Below are positions 1 to 12,080 of a stretch of 64,000 bases of DNA, in pieces. Every line of letters begins with the position of its first letter. The stretch's first letter is position 1. Source of the stretch: Scyliorhinus canicula. Lineage: Eukaryota. The DNA lies in contig NC_052147.1 in the NCBI RefSeq assembly GCF_902713615.1, positions 140,991,885 to 141,055,884 of the forward strand, written 5' to 3'. The position numbers and the translations under genes were made by a program. Below the pieces are notes generated by a model. The model saw only the letters and a program-made list of their open reading frames with translations, was not told the DNA's origin and ran no database searches.

Positions 1-283
1 CTGTGGCTTCACGGTGCCAGGGTCCCAGGTTCGATTCCCCACTGAGTCACTGTCTGTGCGGAGTCTGCACGTTCTCCCCATGTCTGCGTGGGTTCCTCCG
101 GGTGCTCCGGTTTCCTCCCACAGTCCAAAGACGTGCTGGTTAGGTGGATTGGTCATGATAAATTGCCCTTAGTGACCAAAAAGGTCAGAAGGTGTTATGG
201 GATTAGGGTGGAAGTGAGGGCTTAAGTGGGTCGGTGTAGACCCGATGGGCCAAATGGCCTCCTTCTGCACTGTATGTTCTATG
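1..283 (+). mobile_element. tRNA-derived V-SINE (HE1-like), cut by the window start
   Basis: B box GGTTCGATTCCC, V-domain GTTCTCCCC.TGTCTGCGTGGGTT.CCTCCGGGTGCTCCGGTTTCCTCCCAC and a CR1-like tail. Confidence 0.85.
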
Positions 284-827
284 TCCATCATTAGCTATTT
301 CCGCTGTGACTCCGGGTCAAGCAGGACTGGAATCAACCATGCACTAGCCTTGGATGTCATAAAAATTTCCTCTAACAGGAGATAGACATTTGGCAACAAT
401 TTGTTGGCTTGACACGAGATACTAACCAGGTAGAACCACCATGTTCAACCTTCCTTGATCTACGTAGAGGTGATGCACTCAGTTCCTCACTGCAGTTTAT
501 CAATCAGACTAGGAACTGAGCCTGGAGGGAGGGAGGAAAGTGAATCTTCAACTGACAACTCCAAACAGGGGCATTATCTTAACAGCATATCTGATAATGT
601 GGCACTCCCTCAGTGCTGCATTGGACGGTCAGCTTAGATTAGCACTGGCTTGAATCTGCGAACCTCCAACTCAGAAGCGGGTATGCAAGCAGCAATCCAG
701 GCTACAATGAATGGGGCCTGTATTGTGCTGGATTAAAAAAAATTTTTTTTTTTTTTTTACACATAATAACAGAGAGAAACCTGACCTTGAATACAAAGCT
801 ATTGCCACACCCGCCCACAGTCCTCAC

Positions 828-933
828 CTGATCCAGACAAGTGTACAACTCCTTACAGCAACCACAATAGCCTCTCCTGCTCTGCCTCGTGAGTGTCTCT
901 GGTATAGGCTGTTCCGGGTACGGTCCGTCACCA
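828..933 (-). CDS. ZDBF2: ZDBF2-like internal coding exon carrying the first half of a DBF4-type zinc finger
   Basis: Acceptor ttttgacctttgcag and donor CAG|gtgagg flank a 106-nt open exon: GDGPYPEQPIPETLTRQSRRGYCGCCKELYTCLDQ. This matches the zf-DBF motif (GYCxxCxxxYxxLxQ|H) and ends at the Q|H position recalled for vertebrate ZDBF2. Strand and side relative to EEF1B2 match other vertebrates. Confidence 0.8.
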
Positions 934-979
934 CTGCAAAGGTCAAAAGCAAAATACTAATGGCATTAAACACACATCA

Positions 980-1268
980 GCGGCAGTGGTTAGCGCTGCT
1001 GCCTCACTGCGCCAGGGACCCAGGGTCAATTCCGGCCTTGGGTGACTGTGTGGAATTTGCACGTTCGCCCCATGTCCACAAGGGTTTCCTCCAGGTAATC
1101 CGGTTTCCTCCCACATTCCAAAGATGTGCAGGTTGGGTGGATTGGCCATGATCAATGCACCGGATTACGACGATAGGGCTGGGGAGTGCCTACATAGAGA
1201 GCTCGTTCAGAGGGTTGGTGCAGACCCGATGGGCCGAATGGCCGCCTTCTGTAATGTGGGGATTCTAC
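980..1268 (+). mobile_element. V-SINE (HE1-like)
   Basis: A/B boxes, V-domain and tail; approximate bounds. Confidence 0.8.
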
Positions 1269-1815
1269 AAAAACCACATGTCAAGCTGACTTGTGCCAAG
1301 CTGGGCAGGGTTTTAAGCAGAACCACTAAACAAAGGAATGTAGCCAAGTAACAAAGCTGGAAGCTACCAGTAAGGTCACACCTCTGCTCAGTAGTAATTA
1401 TGCAGGTACAATGATGGAGCGGTTATCTTACTCGTGGACTAGTGATCGAGAGAATGGAGCCATTTCAGAATTTCTGCTCAGTTTAGTCTGAAAATTAAAA
1501 TCTAACAGTAAAAGTGACCATGCAGCTATTGGATTGCCATGAGAACCCAATCAGTCCACTGATGTCCTTTAGGGAAGGAAGGCTGCCATTTTTACCTGGT
1601 CTAGTCAGTCCCACACCATGACTGAAGCTTAAATTGCCTCTGAAATAGCTTAAGCAAGTCATTCAGTTGCCTCATTTCCTCAGGTGATGAGTAATAAATC
1701 CCAGCGTTGCAAGTGATGCTGAGATGGAATAAATTGGAACATGAGAAAACAGGTTTCCAGTCTTTAGAACAGTTCTATCACACAGACACCAAGTGATTAG
1801 TTAAGCTCAGTGACA

Positions 1816-1847
<32 letters not shown>

Positions 1848-2568
1848 AGAGAGAGAGAGAAGAGAGAGTATTGTGCTACGAGGTAATCTTCCAAGAGCTG
1901 GTTTAGGACTGCTCAGTGCCATTTACTACAGAACCCAAGCATGCAGAAGGGTCCAGGCTGGATTAAAAGGGTCCAACATCATGCAGTCCCTTCAAACACC
2001 AGATCCCACATATTAAAGTTTTCACTCAGTCTAACCTTTTTGAGAAGCCCGTTGATATTTTGTACAATGTGAACACACTCCCTTCCAAAAATAATTAGCC
2101 AGTCACTCCCTGAAGGCAGTTAAAACTTATCCTGGACACCATTTCTAATTTCCCTAATTAACCATCGAGCCGGACATTGTGGTATTGCACTTCCAACTCT
2201 GCCTGATGTCTATGCAACCCACTGCTTTCCCAATAGATCCCAATCCCTTTTTATTTATCACTTGTTCTTGTAGAACTCTCCAACTTACCTGGCACTGTCA
2301 TTCATCTCTGTGGCACACTCACTCACTCCCCTTTGCGCACCTGTCACAGATCAAAGGGAAATTAATTTTTACTCAATTCCGAGCCTTGTAATATTTTAGA
2401 TACAAATGCAGGTGCTGCCTTACATATTCTCCCATGTACAGTGGTCCCAAAAATTTCTGCTAACAGTTGGAGCATGGGTTTGTACGTGCACTGCCAACTC
2501 AACAAAACACTTCTATTAAATAATCACCCTTCATAACCTCAATGTCCCACAGTACAGATAATAAAGTA

Positions 2569-4479
2569 CCGTACTTTCCGGACTATAAGCCGCGACTTAT
2601 TTCACACGTTTCGAACCTCGCGGCTTATACAACGACGCGGCTTATTTATGGATTTTTCCCGCTTTCTTTTCACTAAACCAATGAAATTGCGTAACGGGTC
2701 AAGGTAAAACAATGTAACTTTTTAGTTTACTGTTTAGATTAAATCGAGCGCGCTCAAACATCCCATCATTCTGATTACGGTAGTCATTTTGTCACCCTCA
2801 TCATGGCAAAGACACGGAGAAATGCATATGATGCAGCTTTCAAGTTGAGGGCGATCGATCTGGCTGTTGGGAAAGGAAATAGAGCTGCTGCACTAGAGCT
2901 TGGTCTTAATGAGTCGATGATAAGACATTGGAAACAGCAGCGTGAGGAATTGACTCAGTGCAAAAAGACAACTAAAGCTTTCAGAGGGAAGAAAAGCAGA
3001 TGGCCCGAACTAGAAAATGAGCTCGAAGACTGGGTCAACATGCAGAGAGCAGACGGCCGAGGTGTTTCAACTGTACAGATCCGACTGAAAGCCAAAACAA
3101 TCGCCACCGCAATGAAGTTTGAGAATTTTAGAGGTGGACCATCGTGGTGTCTCAGATTTATGAGACGTAAAGGCCTGTCCATCAGGGTACGGACGAGTTT
3201 GTGTCAGCAGCTCCCTCCCGACTACGAGGAAAAAATTTCAAACTTCCGCAAATTCACTGATGCAATGATAGCAGAGCATTCCATTGGCCCACACAATATC
3301 ATAAATATGGATGAGGTTCCTCTGACATTTGACCTGCCTCTCACTCGGACTGTCAACAGGAAAGGTGAATCATCCGTCATGCTGAAAACAACTGGGCATG
3401 AAAAAACGCACTTCACCTGTGTTCTGAGTTGCACGGCATCGGGAGAAAAGCTTCCACCGATGGTGATTTTTAAACGCACGACGATACCAAAAGAAAAATT
3501 CCCTACAGGAATTGTTGTGAAAGTCAACAAGAAAGGATGGATGACGGAAAGCCTAATGCATGAATGGCATACGGAGTGCTACGGCAAGCGACCGGGAGGA
3601 TTCTTTCACAGGAACAAGGCATTGCTCGTTTTGGACAGCATGAGGGCCCACATAACAGATTCTGTGAAAGAAGCCATCAAGAGGACAAACTCAATTCCAG
3701 CTGTGATTCCTGGGGGCACAACAAAGTATTTACAGCCACTCGACATCAGTTTAAATCGTGCATTTAAGGTGGCGCTTCGTGTTCAGTGGGAGGCTTGGAT
3801 GACAAGTGGGGAGAAATCCTTCACTAAAACGGGCCGCATGCGAAGAGCAACTTATGGTCAAGTCTGCCAGTGGGTCCTGACAGCGTGGAGCATTGTTAAA
3901 AAATCCACTATCATCAACGGGTTTCGAAAAGCTGGATTGCTGCGTGTTGAAGAGGGCAGCATGAGCTCAGCGGGAAATTTGCCTCCGGATGAAAGTGATG
4001 AGAGCGACAATGAAAACAATCCAACATCGGATGAAGCAATTCTGAGGCTATTCAACTCTGACACTGAAGGAGATGACTTCAGTGGTTTCAGTGCACAAGA
4101 GGAGGATAGTGACTCTGATCACCTGGGTTGGTGATATCTTGATTACGATCAGTAATAAAATACTTCTTTTTACACGATTTATTTATTTTTAATGTTTCAA
4201 ACTGATGATTCTATGTTAATCTTAAGAGCTTAATCGGATTGATTTCGCTCCACAGTGACCAATGACTTTCTTGGTAGGCTATTCTTTACCGCTAATTTTT
4301 TATTTTTGTTACAAGCCGTATTTCGTTAAAGCCTGTGTAAAGCTCATTTGTTTCAATGTACCGGTAAGCACCTGTGGCTTATATACGTGTGCGGCTTATT
4401 TATGTTCAAAATAAAAAAAAATTCAAAATCAGTGGGTGCGGCTTATAGTCAGGTGCGCTTTATAGTCCGGAAAGTACGG
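2569..4479 (+). mobile_element. Full-length pogo-superfamily (Passer/POGK-like) DNA transposon, 1911 bp
   Basis: Perfect 20-bp TIRs CCGTACTTTCCGGACTATAA (2569-2588 and 4460-4479). TA duplication at 2567-68 and 4480-81. Subterminal GCGGCTTAT repeats at both ends and one transposase ORF. Confidence 0.95.
2803..4134 (+). CDS. pogo transposase, 443 aa: Brinker-like DBD, CENP-B/Tc5 HTH and DDE_1 domain with DD35D triad
   Basis: Uninterrupted ORF with motifs NMDEVP, LVLDSMRAH and YLQPLD. There are 35 residues between the second and third Asp, and an acidic C-terminal tail. Confidence 0.95.
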   Translation: MAKTRRNAYDAAFKLRAIDLAVGKGNRAAALELGLNESMIRHWKQQREELTQCKKTTKAFRGKKSRWPELENELEDWVNMQRADGRGVSTVQIRLKAKTIATAMKFENFRGGPSWCLRFMRRKGLSIRVRTSLCQQLPPDYEEKISNFRKFTDAMIAEHSIGPHNIINMDEVPLTFDLPLTRTVNRKGESSVMLKTTGHEKTHFTCVLSCTASGEKLPPMVIFKRTTIPKEKFPTGIVVKVNKKGWMTESLMHEWHTECYGKRPGGFFHRNKALLVLDSMRAHITDSVKEAIKRTNSIPAVIPGGTTKYLQPLDISLNRAFKVALRVQWEAWMTSGEKSFTKTGRMRRATYGQVCQWVLTAWSIVKKSTIINGFRKAGLLRVEEGSMSSAGNLPPDESDESDNENNPTSDEAILRLFNSDTEGDDFSGFSAQEEDSDSDHLGW

Positions 4480-5051
4480 TACTTGTTGAAGCAGTCGTTG
4501 TTGCAATGCAAGAGAAACAGCAGCTAATAATGTTCTCATAATAAGCAATGAGATCATTAACATTTTTTAAAAACGTGATGTTGGCTGAGGGATTAATAGT
4601 GTCCAGGGCACCCAAGTAGCAGGCTTCTGCTCTTCAGGCTTCTATCTATCTGAAGTGGATAACTGTCTTTCGCACATGTATCAATAGTTTTGCTGCTTGT
4701 ACACCTTGCCATGCACCAATTATCTAGGTTTCCTTTATTGCAACAATAATTACATTTGAAAAGGTTGTAAAGAACTTTGGGATGTCTAGTTCATGAAAAG
4801 CACAATATAACTGCAAGTTTTTAATGGTTTTAAACTGAATTCCTCATAAGCATAGATTAAATTTTATACTTGAACTCAATGCAAACTTCTGCTCACTGCC
4901 GGTTTAACAACTCTTCCAACTTACCACCCTCCTGAATCCCACACAATGCAGCAGTCAGTGCTGCGTGAGCCTGAGGGAAGTCTGTGTTGCCAGGTGGTGT
5001 GGACTTCCCTTTGGTTTATACACAGGGCATTCTTTTTTTTAATCTGACTGC

Positions 5052-5372
5052 ATGGCAGTACAGTGGTTAGCACTGTTGCTTCACAGCTCCAGGGTCCCAG
5101 GTTCGATTCCTGGCTTGGGTCACTCGAGTGGAGTTTGCAATGTCTCCCCATGTCTGCGTGGGTTTACTCCGGGTGCTCCGGTTTCCTCCCACAATCCAAA
5201 GATGTGCAGGTTAGGTGAATTGGCCATGCTAAATTGCCCCTCAGTGTATAAAAATGTTAGATGGGATTACTAGGATACGGTGAAGGCTTGGGCCTAAGTA
5301 GGGTGCTCTTTCCAAGGTTCGGTGCAAATTCGATGGGCCGAATGGCCTCCTTCGGCGCTGTAAATTCTATGA
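5052..5372 (+). mobile_element. V-SINE (HE1-like)
   Basis: A/B boxes, V-domain and tail; approximate bounds. Confidence 0.85.
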
Positions 5373-5563
5373 TTTCTGATTAAGGCCTTCACCTTCATTA
5401 CCAACTGATAATAACTGGGAGAGTTGATGTTTCCACTTGCGACGGAGTCCAAAACAAAGGACCACAGTACAGAATAGCCAGATCAGGAGGAACTAATTTA
5501 CCCAGAGACACGAGAAGGCCAAGCTTGCTAGTACATGGAACAGCTTGTTAGATGTAAAGCTGC

Positions 5564-5760
5564 TGTTGTATAGAGTCAACGGTTCTTCTCCTTTTCACAA
5601 ACTCCTTTATTTCACTTTAACAGACGCTGCACAAAACTCGATCTTCACATCACCTGACCCTAAGGCCACCTGAAGCCTCTTTACATATCAGTGTCAATTA
5701 TTGGATACTTAACATAAATCAGACAACTAATTGGAATGTCTCTTAACCCATTACTTAACA
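5564..5760 (-). mobile_element. Probable solo LTR (197 bp)
   Basis: TGTT...AACA termini, AATAAA near the 3' end on the minus strand, and a near-matching 4-bp flank (ctgc/cagc). Confidence 0.55.
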
Positions 5761-6049
5761 CAGCTCAGGCGAATAACATGGATGCATTTAAGTAGAAGCT
5801 AACAAGTACATGATGAAGAAAGGAATAGGACTATCTGCTGACAGGGTAAGAGGAAGTAAGCAAGGAGGTTCATGTGGAATATAAACACCAGTGTGAGCCA
5901 GTTGTGTTGAATAGCTTGTTCCTGTGGTATACCTTCTGTGGAATGTTACCACTAAATCAAAATATACGAGTGGTTAAAAATACAAGCCGACAATTTCAGA
6001 GTGGCAGTACTTGGAGAATAAGCCTATTTCTGACACAGGCAAGCACTCC

Positions 6050-6930
6050 AATTTCAGAATATTTTTACAGTGAAGTAGGCCATTCAACCCATCACATCTG
6101 CACCAACTCTCCAAATGTCAATCTGCTTAGTGGCATTCTCCTTCTGCCTGCTCCTTGCAAACGCTGCACATTTTTTCTTTTGAATGCCTCGATTGAACTC
6201 ATCTCCGCCACACTCAGGAAGTGGTATTCAGAATCTTAATCACTCCTCGAAAAAGTTACTTTCTCATATATTTCTTGTTTCTTTAAATCTTTGCCCTCTC
6301 TTGTTCAATCCGTGGGAAATGTTTCTCCCCATCTACTCTGTCCAAAACGCGCCTCATGATTTTGAATATCTCAGATCTCTTTGACCTTTTTTCTCCAAGG
6401 AAAACAGTTACAACTTCTTCAATCCACCTTCATAATTGAAGTTCCTCATCCCTGGAATCGTTAATTTGAATATTTCCTGGGCTCTATCCTACACCTTCAC
6501 ACCCATCCTGAAGTGCGGCACCCAAAACTGGGAAAAATGCTGCAGTTGAGGCAGAACTTGTGTCTTGCACAAGTTAAACAAGTTATCTGCTTTTGTTTAC
6601 AATCCCCCCCCCCCCACTATTAATAACGCCTAGGATACTGTATGTTTATGAACTGCTCTCTCAACAGTCTTAGCACCTTCAATTACTTATACACCTAGTT
6701 CGCTCTGCTCTTGCATCCCCTATACACAGTTGTAGCCTTTTATTTTAAATAGTCTCATCAGGATTGTCCTACCAAAATGAATAACTTCACATTTGTCTAT
6801 GTCCCTTTGGAGCATCACACTATCTCCCTCTAGGTTCACAACGATTCCAAGCTTTGTATCATACACAAACATTTGAAATGGTGCCCTGTAAACCAAGGTT
6901 CTAGTTCACGGATATCAGGGAAAGCAAGCA
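6050..6930 (-). mobile_element. Degenerate CR1-type LINE 3' fragment
   Basis: Similar to the CR1 RT C-terminal and 3' region seen at 25370 and 45380; boundaries approximate. Confidence 0.55.
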
Positions 6931-7016
6931 AGGCTTAACCTTAGAAGAGCAAAGATCTGCTAGGCCTTGGCAATTTGCATCCCGTTCCATCCTTGCTCAT
7001 CAACTCTGCAATTGAG

Positions 7017-7237
7017 GGGCAGCACGGTAACGCGGTGGTTATCACTGCAGCCTCATGCCGCCGAGGTCCCAGGTTCGAACCCGGCCCTGGGTCACTGTCT
7101 GTGGAGTTTGCACATTCTCCCCGTGTTTGCGTGGGTCTCACCCCACAACCCAAATGTGCAGGGTAGGTGGATTTGCCACGCTAAATTGCCCCTTAATTGG
7201 AAAAAATGAATTGGGTACTCTAAATTTATTTTTTTTA
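7017..7237 (+). mobile_element. V-SINE short subfamily (tail AATTGGGTACTCTAAATTT)
   Basis: A/B boxes and a shortened V-domain. The same subfamily occurs at about 12300-12510 (+), 32665-32965 (+), 33328-33532 (-), 47488-47705 (+), 47719-47945 (+), 48715-48905 (-), 59976-60190 (+) and 61995-62212 (-). Confidence 0.85.
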
Positions 7238-9707
7238 AACTCTGCAACTGATCAATTACTGAATGAAAATATATTATGCTACACTTTTGAAAATACTTAG
7301 TTAGCTGTACACGCACACAGCTCTACACACACTGAAGTTCATGAGATCTACCATCATATCACACAACAGAGCTACCAGATTATGCTGTCGGATTGAAAGC
7401 ATTGAGGATACAAAGATCTTGGTGTAAATATCAGCAGCAATAGAATGTCCTTGTGAGCATATCAGCAAAGCATTTTTATGACTTTCCAGCATCAGTTTTA
7501 AGGGAATTTGAATATACCTCAAAACTCTGGATTAATTCTTTGCTGAATGGAGCCGAGTTTGGATAAAACCGAGTTTGTTCAAAAAGGAGATTGCTGGGTT
7601 GGCAACTTTCAAAGAAAATCTTCTTCACCAGGCTGTTTAAGAGATTAAAGATAAGACAGCTGCAAGTCCTTGAAAGTCTGCAAGGAGCTATTATAAACAT
7701 CAGGTGCACTACCACCACTGGGAGGGAGGCAGAGAGAATACAAAAGGTACTGGAAAATGTGTTTGCCTTATTAAAAACCAGCCTTTTTATTAAGATCGGA
7801 TCAACAAGTGCACAAAATTGACTGGAGCAAGCCCATAGGTCAGAAGAAGGTGATACAGGATACCCAGTGGATTAACCAGCATTGCCTGAAGCAGAAGAAT
7901 TGGCCGTTCCCAGTCAAATAGTTGTACTGATTAAGAAGTTGAGTCTCTGTAAAGTTGTGGGTGTTTTAATGTTAATAAAACCATTACTTTGGAAAAATTT
8001 TAAAAAGCAATGATTAATCTGACTTCTGAGTACTTTAAAGAATGTTAAAACAAGAACCCAATGCATGTTTTTAAGCAGGAGCTTCCTGCTGCAGGAAGCT
8101 TCCGGGTGCTTTGGGTCTGATGACATACAGCAGAGCGCCGATGTTAAAACAGCCGGACCACTGCCACTCTATAAGGAATTAGCCGACTTGCTTGGAGGAC
8201 AGCGTTTATTGAAACTGTTACATCCTTGGGCAAAGAATAAAGTTGGCCTGTCATACATGCAACACTAAGTCCAGGATCAGAATTCATGTTGTCATCCTTT
8301 TGTGTATCCAATTAATAACAATCACAGTACATTCCGGCATACTGAACACAAGCATTTTTGCTGATGTGATGCTTTCTATCTCGGGGGAATTAATTAAGTG
8401 CATTGGTTAAATAAACCTCACAGAAAAGGAAAACCCCACCCATTCTTGCTATTGAATGCTTGATATTTGATACCTTGAAAATAGGTACATGTAATATTAG
8501 GAAGGGCACTGCAGGGAATCGGAGCTTTTAGAAGTTGGGGAGAAACAAATGCTATTGTCACACACAAGGTAGTGTTGCACATCAGCAGCTGTTTACACAA
8601 GGTGCCCAAATGAGCTCCCTGGTGGAGCTCACTTAGTGGCTTCCCTCAGTAATTACAAAATACTCCACTTAGCCATGTGGTTCGTAAAAGCACTTTCAGA
8701 GAGCAGGGCGCTGTGCTGTAGTGCGAAAGGAAAAGCATTTCTGCACCGCCTTTCACAACCTCAGGCCATCCCAAAGTGCTTCATCTATTGAAACACAGTC
8801 ACTGCTTTAACTTAGCAAACAGGGCAGCCAATTTGACAGGATACTCAGTTTAATGCATCAGCCAAAAGATGACACTTCTGACCTTGCTACTCATCACTGC
8901 CCTGTAAGCGATGGCCTGGATTCAGTCTTGAGAGCAGGGGTTGAACTCACGACCTTCTGAATGGTAGACAAGTGTGTTACTGACAGAGCCACAGCTGACA
9001 CAGGACAAGCAGTAACCAAAACCCAATGTGCTGAGTCAGGAGCAACGGCCTTGTCAACTCAAATTAGGAATGGCTGAATAGCTTAATTAAAATAGCAGAT
9101 AGCATGTCCTTACAACACATCTCTATAATGTCCATGCAGAATAATTCTGCAATTTTAGAAACCGACTGTAAAAATGACTGATACAAGCAAAAAATAGAAA
9201 GCAAAGGATGATTGATGGGGAACCGTATTTTGTCAGCAAAATGCCAGAAATTTGAGAGATCAGCCAAATTGTTAAATTTTGTTTCTTCCATCCCATCCTC
9301 CACTTGCTCAGTATCAATTAGGTAGGCCTCCTTCAACCCCTCTTCAATTTTGTCACCTTACCTATTCTCTCTGGAACCAAAATAATTCATGGATTTGGCT
9401 TTGTTGGTACCTCACCCCAAGCTGTCGTTCTTCAAGTAGTCTACTGGACAAAAAATATCAACCGGTTATTCAATAGTGGAAGGTCATCACAGAAGAGCCC
9501 AACATCCCCTCACCTGATACACTCAACACCAGGGACAGATAGTGCTCAGGAATTGGGCACATTCCTCCCCCAACACCCCCTCCCCCCCCGCATGATTTTA
9601 AAAACAAGGATGAGATTATGTTTACTCCCCCTAAATTGAGTTGTTGCAAGACTGGAAGCCAATGTGGGTCAGTGAGTACAGGAACAATGGGCGACGGCGA
9701 CACTTAC

Positions 9708-9748
9708 CTTAGTTCAATTGGGAGTGAGTGGCGCCTCGCTCTGTACAT
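9708..9748 (-). CDS. Candidate ATG-bearing exon of ZDBF2 (MYRARRHSLPIEL-S); exon about 9708-9778
   Basis: Perfect donor AAG|gtaagt. Its phase 2 joins the 933 acceptor in frame (AG|T = Ser). The acceptor and Kozak context are weak, and I have no homology support. Confidence 0.35.
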
Positions 9749-10274
9749 TGATCAGGGCTGGAATAGCATGTCAGTGCCCTGATACAATCAGTTTCTTATT
9801 TCATAATTCATGGAAATTACAGTACAACCTAAATTGCAGCTACCTTATTTTGTGAAAGTTCTTTCTGCCTTGACAATCCAAACCCACGTTACACAACAAT
9901 AGACCGAGAGAATGTTCAGAGCAGAAACTTCTAAACCACACAATAGACAAAGTGAACGTTCACAATGTGAACAACCTAACCAGGAACCGCACAATTTAGT
10001 CACCCAAGCCCATCATGTCTCATTGAAATAATGCTCTAATTTGTCTTACTCCCCCTGCTTTTTCCCTGGAAGATTTTTTTCTCATTCCCCAATATAAATC
10101 CAATTCCTTGCTGAAAATTACAATTGAATCATCTTTCACCCTTTCCAACAATGCATTCCAGATAACTCTTGTTCCTTGGCCAATTTGTGTAACCTTCTAG
10201 TTACCAACTCTGCTGCCAGTGTAAACAGTTCATCTTTAAAAACCTTTGCAATTTTTCATGTCGTCCCTGTTAAT

Positions 10275-10557
10275 GGGCAGCACAGTGGCTGGCACTGCTG
10301 CCCCACAGCGCCAGGAAGCCGGGTTCAATACTGGCCTGGGGTGACTGTGTGGAGTTTGTACGATCTTCTAGAACCTGCGTGGTTTTCCTCCAGGTACTCT
10401 GGTTTCCTCCCACAGCTCAAAGCTGTGCAGGTTAGGTGGATTTGCCAGGATAAATTGCCCCCAAGTGTCCAGGGATCTGCAGGTTACAGGTATTGCACGG
10501 AGTGGATCGGTGCAGACTCGATGGGCTGAAGGGCCTTCAGTATGTAGGAATTCTGTG
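10275..10557 (+). mobile_element. V-SINE (HE1-like)
   Basis: A/B boxes, V-domain and tail; approximate bounds. Confidence 0.8.
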
Positions 10558-11609
10558 ACTGTGAGCCACAGTTTGAAGGAGAATAATCCTAATTCCTTGA
10601 GTCTCTCCGCATAGCTACAGTACCATTGTAATAAACCCTGTATGTGACCTTGCCACGGCCTTGGCATCCCTCCTGAAATACAGTGCCCAGAATTGAACAC
10701 TGTACTCCAGTTGAGGCCCAGCCATTGATTTAAGAAGTAGGTTCAGAGAATGATTGTGTGAAGTAATCAAAGCTGAACTAGTTTTAAAATTTACTGCAGC
10801 TAGACTTCATAGTTTTTTTTAAATTCCAAGATGGCCAGTTGGCTCCAGCAGGTCCTTTTGTCCAAAAACCTAACCGGGTTAATGGATTGAAGTGCAACCT
10901 TTCATAGAGACTGACACACAATAGTGTACATGGTTAACCGGGTTAATGAACATGGTAATTTGTGGTCAGCTGTGACAACAAACATGGCGTCTGGAACAAC
11001 TGCCTATATCATTGGCGGGGCACAGTGAAACTTGTGCATCTAAACTAAACTGTCTGCATCTAAACAGAGCAGCACTTAACACCAGCAGAAAATGCTTCAA
11101 CTGGAAAGTGTACTATTCCCCCAAGTTTGCACCGTCTCCTCATGCCTGTGTGGGTTTCCTCCAGGTGCTCCAGTTTCCTCCCACAATGCAAGATCTGCAG
11201 GTCAGGTGGATTGGCCTGTATTGTAATTGAATGCAAGTCACACTACATTACTTTCAGTGCATCTTCCATTGAAATAATAGTTCATTCAGCATCCCAAGGC
11301 AATCATATCTTAGCAGTGGCACACAGACCCAAGTCATAAGTTTATGCCCTATTCCAGAGACTTGAGAATAAAATCCAGACCAACACTCCAGCGCATTGGC
11401 CAAGGGAGTACTGCTCTATCAGAGATGGCTTCCTTTGGTTGAGTCATTAAACAGAGGTCCAATCGTCAGAAGGGCATTGAAAATCCATTAAACTACTCAA
11501 AGATAAGAAGCACTCGTCCTGGTGCCCAGGGACATTGCTTTTCCCCTAGCAATCACCCAAGAATAGATGGCCTGGTCTTTTTGGTCGTCTCGTTTTGAAA
11601 AATGATATA

Positions 11610-12080
11610 ATTGAATTAGCAGCTGAGAAAAGGTTCACTCGACTGATTCATGGGATGAAGGAATTACCTATGAAGAAAAGTTGAACAGTTTGGACCTATA
11701 GTCATTGGGAATTAAGAATGAGAGGTGATCTTATTGAAGCACAAGATCTTGAGAGGTCTTAACAGGGTAGATACCAGGAGGATGTTTCCACCTTTTGAGG
11801 AAACAAGAACTAGGAGACAGTTTAAAAGGGGTCTCTGTTTTAAGACCGAGATGAGGAGAAATTCTCGGAGGGTCGCTCGGCTTTAGAACTCTCTCCTCCA
11901 GAAAGCAGTGGAGTCTGGGCCACAATTTACCGAAGGCAGAGTTGGACAGAGTTTTGATAAACAAAAAGGTAGCTATGGGTTATTGGTGGACTGACAGGAA
12001 AGTGGGACCACAAACAGTTCAGCCATGATCATATTGAATGTGGAGCATGCTTGAAAGGCAGAATGGCCCACTCCTGCTCT
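11610..12080 (+). mobile_element. Degenerate CR1-type LINE 3' fragment
   Basis: Remnants of RRFTRLI-GM--L-YEE-L and RMRGDLIE. Confidence 0.7.

Noticed and set aside
2803-4134. Domesticated POGK/TIGD host gene
   Set aside because: Perfect TIRs, a TA TSD and no KRAB exon indicate a transposon.
10871-10949. Twice-repeated near-palindrome TAACCGGGTTAATG
   Set aside because: Only 14 bp in two copies, with no supporting context for a function.
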